A program made the translations under genes and the position numbers. A model generated the notes under the pieces. It worked only from the letters and a program-made list of their open reading frames with translations, searched no databases and was not told the origin of the DNA. This document shows positions 56,201-64,000 of a stretch of DNA of 64,000 nt, in pieces. The stretch is from Schizochytrium sp. TIO01 (lineage: Eukaryota > Protista > Bigyra: Labyrinthulomycetes), in NCBI GenBank assembly GCA_004764695.1, contig SMSO01000006.1:1069859-1133858 (forward strand). The letters are read 5' to 3'. Each line of letters begins with the position of its first letter. The first letter of the stretch is position 1.

Positions 56201-59200
56201 AAGCGGATTCGTGATGCAGCTGATAGCAATCGCTGATGGGCAGCTGTTGTTTTCATTCATGTAGAAAGAATGTGTGTTCCCGAGAACTCTTCTCTCTCTA
56301 CTGCTGACGCCCTTGCCGAAAGGAATATATCTTGCTCTTGCGAACAGCTCGTATCTGAAAATCCTGCTTATCGCCTGCATGCTAGAGCTCAATCCACCGG
56401 AGAGCACTAGAAGACCATCTTGCTTCGCCAAGGCTCGCTAGGCGGGGGCTCAAAGCTTGGCCTTTTGACGTTAGTGCCAGGGAGGTGAAAACTTGACAGC
56501 TCACTTGGTGACAATTTGGGAGTGAGACAACAATGGACTTTCCAACTATGCAGTATTATTACCTAGTACTAGACCAAGATAAAGAAATATGTGTGTAGAT
56601 GTGTTTCTCCTTTAAACTTTACACATCACCCACATCATCAGTACCTAAAATATCTTCTTCTGCTGCCTGGCAATTTTGAGTAGCAGCACTGGAACCTTAC
56701 ATACTTAAGAAGGCGCCACTAGGTAGGTGGCGCCTTCCTACTGATTGCCGTGGCAAGAAAAACAACAGCTCATGCCGTAGGAGAAGGCGTTCTTCCACCT
56801 GTACGACAACTAGGAGTGCACGAGTTGCTGTGCTATTCGTTGCACCATCGTCAATCTTCAAGTAAGAATGTAGGGCAGCCTTGAACGATTAAAACATGAA
56901 TGAATAATCGAGAGTTTCTGCAGGTTCTGAACCTTGACTCCCATTAAAACCTCTAAGGAAGGCAAATCTTGCCTATCTCGAAATGCTCTTGCCTTCAACT
57001 TCAGACTTTTGCGAAATGCTATAATAGATAGATATAATAGATAAGGAACTCGAGCTTGTGATTCTACCTGAGTTTATTTGACATAGTTTTTCTATTTTCT
57101 ATTTTTAATTTCTAGCTAGCTAGGTTAAGAAATATGAACAGAATATCAAGCGCTTCATACGACTACTGGCATTTAGAAATCCATAATTTATGTGGACTCA
57201 AACTCTCGAGTTGATTTACCACTTTCTTCCAGATTTGTTACACCTCATATGTTGCCCAAAACACTTAGGACTTGGACTGCCTCACTGCTATTTTTGGCAT
57301 TTAGTAAACTACCTAGCTGCTCATAGTTAGCACTAATAGGAAAGCAGGAAGATATAAAGCAAAGTCCTTCTTTTACCTTTTTTTACGTTTGCTATTATAA
57401 AGTCTGTAGGAAAGAAACAAAAGCCTGAGCAGAAGAATGAAACAAATATTGAAAAAAAAAATTAAAAAGTCAAACGAGGCAGCGCAAGGTACGTGAGATG
57501 AACTACTTGTTTAAGGATGATTCGCTGCCTTTTATCTTCATCAACTCAAACTTTTCACAACCTTGTTTTCCCCCTTTTCGAATTAGTAATAAAGGGAAAG
57601 TTATGTTGAGTTTTTTTTTTTAATTACTGATGTTCCTCAGGCCTCAAAGTTTCAATTTTTAATTTTAATCTTTTCTTTTACTCCTTAATACAAAATCTTT
57701 TAGTATATAATGTCTTGAAACCAGTACACACCATGGTGCACACCCGCTGATTTGGGCTGGCACTTGCTGATCATTTGTCTGAAGAACTTAACTTGAACCC
57801 GAGACTTTGAGAGCTTGAAGTGCAATCATTTGGTTGGAAACTCTGCTTAGAACCTACATCTAAAAATCGAGAGGCAAGCAAAAGAACCATGCAAGTAACT
57901 CACACAACGAGAATGTGCAGCTGTAGCCGAGCCGGCGCGAGACATAGGTCCCCGGCATTTGCTCGGACACGGCACGTGAAAGACAAACTACTACTAGAAA
58001 GAAGGTGAATTCCAAGATGGCAGCATGGAAATTACTGCTGCTTCTACCTAGGTAGGTACCGTCGTACGCACTGCACGCCCAATAAGGTGGCGCACGCTCC
58101 AGGTGCTTCCGCCTTCTAGCGAGCTTGCATTCAAGCTGCACTGCCTTGTGCTAATACCATACGCACGTGGCACATAGCACTCACTGCTCATGCGATTTAC
58201 AATCTCTGTGGGAGTTAAAGGAGATCTAGAAAACGTAGTGACACCAGTTCGTAAGGATAGTTGCACACAGCAGCGAAAGTGAGCCTCGGGATACCGCGTA
58301 GAACTGAGGGAGCAGCCGGGCAGTCTGGCTGAGATATTGGTGTATCCTTGCAACAGAGGACAGCTTGATGCCCTTATTCGAAGCCCCATGATTCTGCAGT
58401 GGCACGTGCTTCAAAGGGTAGAAAGGCCTTCTTTTTTTCTTTTTTCTTTTTTCTTTTCTTCTTTTCTGCTTTAATGCTTAGCAGACGGGCGAAAGGGTCA
58501 AACACATACCTACTTAGTATAAGTCAGTCAAGGGAACTCGAGGGTCAGTCTGACTTGAGATTGATTTGAAAGGTGCGCACGCCCATTTTTGCCGTTTGCA
58601 ATTTGTGAGACTCTATCAGACAGCTGGGAGGAACACCTTCAAAATTTCTTCGGGTCTTTTGAGAATCTGCCTTGAGCAGGCGAAAAGGATCCGTGTTGAA
58701 AAATAAAATAGTCGTAGGTTGGTGGTGCTGATTCCCGTGGATAAATTTACGTTGTCGAGTTGACCAAATAAGCTGTGCTGCAATTGAGCACCGAAGCAGC
58801 ATTCGCGAGATCGAATGAGCCTTGACGTGTACTTTAGAACTAGCGTGACTACCAGTTGCATGCGAGCGTGCGTGGGAAAGGCGTGCGTGCGATCGACAAT
58901 TAATGATCGCTCATCATCATCGAACTTAACCCAGATAGTCACATTGAATGCCATCATAAGACCCAAATTGTAGGAACGTGTCATTGATATCCCATGATGT
59001 GCTTCTGAGCGAGGGCAATTGTTCGCGCTTCGTCTAAAATTTGAAGATGTACTCTATAAAAAAGTGCTGACGCTCAATAATCTCGCTGTGAGCAAGCAAC
59101 TTGATTAAGTGACAAGCACTGCGCTGGACAACGGAGAACCGTTGGCCCGTGGCCCGGTGGCCTCAGCCAAAAGCCCACGCGCTCAAAGCGTGACAGTCGA

Positions 59201-60446
59201 GCCGCAGCCTCCAACTTTCTGTTGTCGGAGCCAGTCCAATAAGAATAAAACGAGAGCCACAGTGCATTCATATTGTTGTCAATTACATTGGCAATCACAC
59301 TTTCATAATACCTCCATTTTTGTCGAAACATTCCAGTTTTTAGAGCCAAATTTGAAAGCAGCAACAACTTTGAATCGAAACAAACAAACAAAACCAAGCG
59401 AAGCCAGGGGAAAGCACCCACCACATCAGGAGGCTCGAATGACTGACTATACCAGGCTAGAGGGTCAGTGATTGGAGATAAATACGGTGCTACTCTAACC
59501 AGAGTACCTAACATAACATCACTGTAATGAAAACACAAAACCTGAAGGACTGCATCTGGTTAGACCCAATGGTTAGACCCAATGATAGTGAATCACTAAA
59601 AAAAGAGGAAAAGACATGACAAACACTTCTCGCTCAAACCTGTCAAAGGCCAAAAGAAATGTAGAGCGCTGTTTTTGAGGTGAAAGACTATTTTTTTCGA
59701 CAGTGCCAACGCTCGAGTAAATAAAATCTACATAAAGGAGAAAAAATGATCAAGTCGTAAACTCTATTGGGATAATATATATATATAACTTATGGCTCAT
59801 TGCATGTGCTTGAAGCACACACCTTCTCCTTTCTGCAAGCCAGCCCACCCCCAGTCAATGAAACTCTTGAGTTTTACAGGTGACAAGACGTTACGAGTAT
59901 GCGTGTGTTCCCTCCAACTTGGCTTTTAGGTGGCTGCATTCAATAGTCAATAGTCAACTAACAGGTTATGTGTGTCTTGTCTTTCGTCCATAAATGGTTT
60001 TGCCCATCAGTACTTTCGCAATGCCAAACGAGTGTTAATACTGACTTGAATCATCCTTCAGATGTTTTGTACCAAAAATATCGCAGTAGATAGACAAATT
60101 ACGTGAAAAATCCAGATTTTCAGGTGCATGCAAAATTCACCAATACTGACCGAGACCATTAAAAAAATGCCATCATATAATGCAGCATGAATTGTATAAT
60201 AAGAACTAGAACTGGAACGAAAGGCATAAGACATTTGTGGCTTTTGCTTTCTCTCATCTGCGTGCATCATTTTTCATACTACTGCTTCAAAGCATCAGCA
60301 GATTCGTTCGAAAATACAATATCAGAAGCACTAACTGTCCTCGATACATACACAGCAATTAATCTCCAGTTCACAATGACGATTACAATTGAGATGATAT
60401 GTTTATTAATGCGAATCGCATGAATTGAACACGCTAGTAGCGAATA

Positions 60447-61226
60447 TTACATATTTTTGCGGCGCTGATCATTTACCCGTCGTGCTCTAGTATCGTATCC
60501 GGTAGTCTCGTCATCCTCGTCATCCTCGTCCTCAAACTGCACTGCAGAATATGCGTGGGGAGTCGCGCTGGTAGACGCTGCTGCGGAGGTTTCAGCCGCT
60601 GCACGCCTGAATTTGGTCGCAAGGGCACTAAACTTGGTTTTCGCTGCTTCGCTCAGTTCGTTCCATGCATGATGTAAATCGTTCGAAGATGACGACCCCG
60701 AGGAGGTTGTCTGGGCCCGAAACTCGGCATGCTGAGCCAGTTCATTGCGAAAGCCTTCGTTTGCAAGCATCTTCGCGAATAGCTCATCCTGGCGAATCTG
60801 CTCTTCGCGAGCTCTCGCCACGGTGATACCCACTGGAAGTCTCAAGAAGTCCTCAGGAAGTGGTTTCCGCCATGAGTTCTGCTTCGAACCGACCTCTTTG
60901 ATCTCCTTCGGAGCTGAAGGAGGATCTTTGGCATCGACGTCGCCTAAATCTGAACCTCCACCGCTCAAAAAGGTTTCAAGATCCTGCTCTGTATAGTCCT
61001 GGATGATATCTATTTGGCCTGCTGCAGATTCCTGAGCATTGGATTTGGCCTGAGCCGCATCGCTGTCAGAGGCTGCTCCTTCCTCAGACTGCTCTGCGGC
61101 CATTTTCAAGAGTTGGTCCAATGCCCTGTCGGCGTCTCCGCCACTTGCCTCGAGCACAATCTCCACGACGGCACGGTCTATTTGCTCAAACATTGCACAG
61201 AGTGCATCCACGCTGGACGCCGCCAT
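60447..61226 (-). CDS. CUE-domain ubiquitin-binding protein (CUEDC1-like)
   Basis: N-terminal CUE: LCAMFEQIDRAVVEIVLEASGGDADRALDQLLKM. Downstream PLPEDFLR and QDELFAKMLANEGF motifs are of the CUEDC1/Cue5 type. Confidence 0.85.
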   Translation of the reverse strand: MAASSVDALCAMFEQIDRAVVEIVLEASGGDADRALDQLLKMAAEQSEEGAASDSDAAQAKSNAQESAAGQIDIIQDYTEQDLETFLSGGGSDLGDVDAKDPPSAPKEIKEVGSKQNSWRKPLPEDFLRLPVGITVARAREEQIRQDELFAKMLANEGFRNELAQHAEFRAQTTSSGSSSSNDLHHAWNELSEAAKTKFSALATKFRRAAAETSAAASTSATPHAYSAVQFEDEDDEDDETTGYDTRARRVNDQRRKNM

Positions 61227-61987
61227 CTTGCCAGATGAACGTGAACTACTTCAGCTGCTTCTTCACAACGTCCCGTAGAATTTCAGATTCCAATGTCCTA
61301 GGATGTTACAAAGCCCACGCTCAACCCCACCTTCGAGCTGTGTGCCGGTGACAACAAAGGCAAGCCAACCCGTTCGCAGTTCAGGTTCTGCCTGGTGTCG
61401 TCTTTGATTAGTGTGTATATAAATAAGCATTTAATCTGTTGCACAGAATTCATCGCGTGTATTCCCCAATAGCTCAGGTACTCTCAAGTCTTCTGGCTGT
61501 GGCTAGGTAGTTCTGTCTTAGTCTTGGAGTTTCCCAGCAAAGCGCGACTTCTTTGGTTTGAACGCACCTGCAAAACTGAGCGCATGGCTATATATTTCTC
61601 AATGACGTCGAAGAACTTGAAGATATTATCGATGTGTACCTGCCTAGTAGCTAGGTAGGAACTTGTAGAACACAGAATATGGGACCAATCAAGGTACCAT
61701 GTAGGACCTTCATTTTACACGAGGATTATAGTTGAGTCTTAGAAGTATATAAGCACTAGGTAAGTGTACCTATCAGTGTTGTTAATAAGGAGGTTAGGCC
61801 TAACCTAACAGAGTGTATAGTAGTACTTAGGTAGTTCTTTTGTTATGTTGATGTTCATTGTAATGATTGTATTCATTCACCTTCATTTTCGTCTCGTACA
61901 GACTGTGATCAGGGCCGAGGACGAAGGAGTCACCGTGCGAGGCTAATTCTCAGCGGATCGAAGACACCCGTGGTGGCCTTCCCTGCG

Positions 61988-64000
61988 ATGCTTTCTGCGT
62001 TTTCGAAGTACTTTGCAGAAGGCTTTGAGGAGGTCGAAGTCGAGGAGGTCGATGGTGAACTCCGTGTTGTGAACAAGGATACCGGTGACCAACGTGACCA
62101 AGGTGACGAAGCCCAGAGTAACAACAATAACACAGAACAACACGAGATTCAGCATGGCCAAAGTCAACAGCTTGGATTTCAGGATGGTCAACAATATTAT
62201 GATGACCAACAGTACTGTGCTCCCTCTCCAGAGTACTCGCAAGATGATCAGCAATACATATCAAACGGTCTTGGCTCACAGATGACGTTACAACAGGAGC
62301 ATAGTACCTCTCAAAACTACCCATATTCCTCTTACGAGCATGGCAAGCTGCAAGCTCAACATGAACATGAACATGAACCATATGTTCATGAAGGCTATGG
62401 TACATCTCAGAATGGTGACTATGCTGACTATAATAACTATACAGATTCATCAGGTCAAAGTCAGCAACACGGATATCACTACCCTGCACAATATAGCCAG
62501 GAGCAAAGTGACAATCTGAGTCCACAACAAGCAATATCGCAAGCCGATACACAAAATTGGCAGTCGAATTCATATCATCAGGGCTTTGATGGTCAGGGAT
62601 ACAGCTCACCCCCACACCACAGTCAACCTTACCAAGAACCGTTTTATCAGCAGCAGAACACATGGACTAAAACTCATGGGGAGAGCGCGAGCCAGGCGTG
62701 GGATGAGCAGCAACAAGAAGGATTCAACTATCCAAATGATGGTGAAGAGGTTAACGATGGAGCTGCAAGCTTGTTTGGAAACTCAACAGAGGAGGATCCA
62801 TTCACTCTTCCTCCTCAAAACGATAGCAATAGTCAATCTTCACAAATGATCTCACTGTCTGAACAAAGGCAGTTCCCTTCCACGCAACAATTCAACAGCA
62901 CGTTGAGTGACTCATCATCCAGTAGTCCTTCTAGCAATGGTCTAGCTGCAAGCGCAGCTAAAATCCCAAACCCTGATAATTCTGTTTATTTATCGCAAAG
63001 CTCTTCCAAATCTGCCTTGTCACTCCCTGATGACACCAGCAACCAAGACCAGTTGCAGCAGCAACAAAACCAGCAATACCAAGAGCAAGAGTCATTTGAT
63101 GTGCTACAAACTCAATCTAATGAGCAGGTTTCATTACACAATGGTGTACAATCTGTCAATTTGGGTTTGCAAAGCCATAATGCATTGTCCGAGCGGAATG
63201 ATTACCAGTACAATGCCCCAGTGCATAACATGGAAGATCAGTTCCCTGCATATTCATCTCAGGATGTCGAGGAGGAGCCATCGGATATGATTTATAAAAG
63301 TAGCGGCTTGCAAGAACAAGAGGAAACTGTCTTTGAAAGGCATGAGGGTGCTGATAATGTTCCTGAGCCCACCCCAAGCGCATCATCACCGAATCCGTCT
63401 AAAGAAAATGTATCATCGGGATCTAGTTTTTCGAATGTGTTTGGAAAACGCCTAACTCAACAATTTCGCAAACTCAGGGAGTTCACAAGAACTCCTCAGG
63501 ACGGATCCTCTGATGATATCTTTTCTGCTGCTCCAGATGTCAAAGAAAAAGAAACCGAGCATTCTGCCAATATTCAACATGACTCTTCACCAGACATGGA
63601 TGTTAGTTTGGAGGATGACAAACAAAATACAAAGAGTGATAGAGACGCCTTTCGAGAGGTCGATCTTGATGCTAGTATGGAGTCAATTGATTTGTTTGGT
63701 AAAAGCCCATCGCCTAAGGCGAAACACATTGGCAGACTCCCGACAACGATTGAAGATGTACCGTTACACTCAACAGGGAACATCCTTCAAGATGAGGAGG
63801 ATGTCCAAGATGACATTTTTTCACAGAGCCCCCGCAAGTCAAGGCGCCCGAACTCATTTGAAAATCCTCGTGAGCAAACGTCAATCTCAAATATGGTCTC
63901 TGATGAAAATTCTCCAATCGCAGGTAGCACAAACTTTGTTGATTCTCCGCAACACCCCGACAAATCAAATGAAGTCAACGATATTCATGAAAGTAAAAAG
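61988..64000 (+). CDS. N-terminal part (671 codons) of a large low-complexity protein, truncated by the window edge
   Basis: ATG at 61988 (MLSAFSKYFAEGFEEVEVEEVDGELRVV...). Read by hand as open to base 64000. Q/Y/S/H-rich, then acidic and S-rich. Absent from the ORF track because it has no stop codon. Confidence 0.8.
   Translation, partial: MLSAFSKYFAEGFEEVEVEEVDGELRVVNKDTGDQRDQGDEAQSNNNNTEQHEIQHGQSQQLGFQDGQQYYDDQQYCAPSPEYSQDDQQYISNGLGSQMTLQQEHSTSQNYPYSSYEHGKLQAQHEHEHEPYVHEGYGTSQNGDYADYNNYTDSSGQSQQHGYHYPAQYSQEQSDNLSPQQAISQADTQNWQSNSYHQGFDGQGYSSPPHHSQPYQEPFYQQQNTWTKTHGESASQAWDEQQQEGFNYPNDGEEVNDGAASLFGNSTEEDPFTLPPQNDSNSQSSQMISLSEQRQFPSTQQFNSTLSDSSSSSPSSNGLAASAAKIPNPDNSVYLSQSSSKSALSLPDDTSNQDQLQQQQNQQYQEQESFDVLQTQSNEQVSLHNGVQSVNLGLQSHNALSERNDYQYNAPVHNMEDQFPAYSSQDVEEEPSDMIYKSSGLQEQEETVFERHEGADNVPEPTPSASSPNPSKENVSSGSSFSNVFGKRLTQQFRKLREFTRTPQDGSSDDIFSAAPDVKEKETEHSANIQHDSSPDMDVSLEDDKQNTKSDRDAFREVDLDASMESIDLFGKSPSPKAKHIGRLPTTIEDVPLHSTGNILQDEEDVQDDIFSQSPRKSRRPNSFENPREQTSISNMVSDENSPIAGSTNFVDSPQHPDKSNEVNDIHESKK

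Noticed and set aside
56709-56737. Perfect 11-bp hairpin GAAGGCGCCAC-N7-GTGGCGCCTTC as a Helitron end or ncRNA
   Set aside because: No CTRR terminus at the expected distance, no second copy in the window, and no supporting context.

Overview
This is eukaryotic nuclear DNA with mostly intronless genes, microsatellite-rich spacers and stramenopile-type proteins. A thraustochytrid/labyrinthulomycete origin is an inference, not proven. Housekeeping genes: RhoGAP, HSP10, a CaMKK/GRIK-like kinase, a small single-TM protein, a METTL21-type methyltransferase, Elongin C, a MyTH4-FERM myosin, a CUE protein, and a low-complexity ORF running off the right edge that the ORF track missed. Two regions stand out. 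(1) A very young, intact Ty1/copia retrotransposon (6991-13342; apparently identical 415-bp LTRs, AGAAC TSD, half-tRNA-type PBS). Its Gag+protease is separated from IN-RT-RNaseH by one in-frame UGA in the canonical readthrough context UGA-CUAG, i.e. after rather than before the protease. (2) A cluster of five paralogues (23.1-38.5 kb) built from one or two copies of an unrecognised ~110-aa domain. They carry SIM-like N-termini, NLS-like linkers, a shared C-terminal helix and shared 5' and 3' non-coding motifs. One paralogue pair compared by hand shows a strong excess of amino-acid-changing substitutions. The cluster also holds a diverged solo LTR, a recent ~2-kb duplication and a truncated kinase pseudogene. 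All alignments and counts were done by eye.
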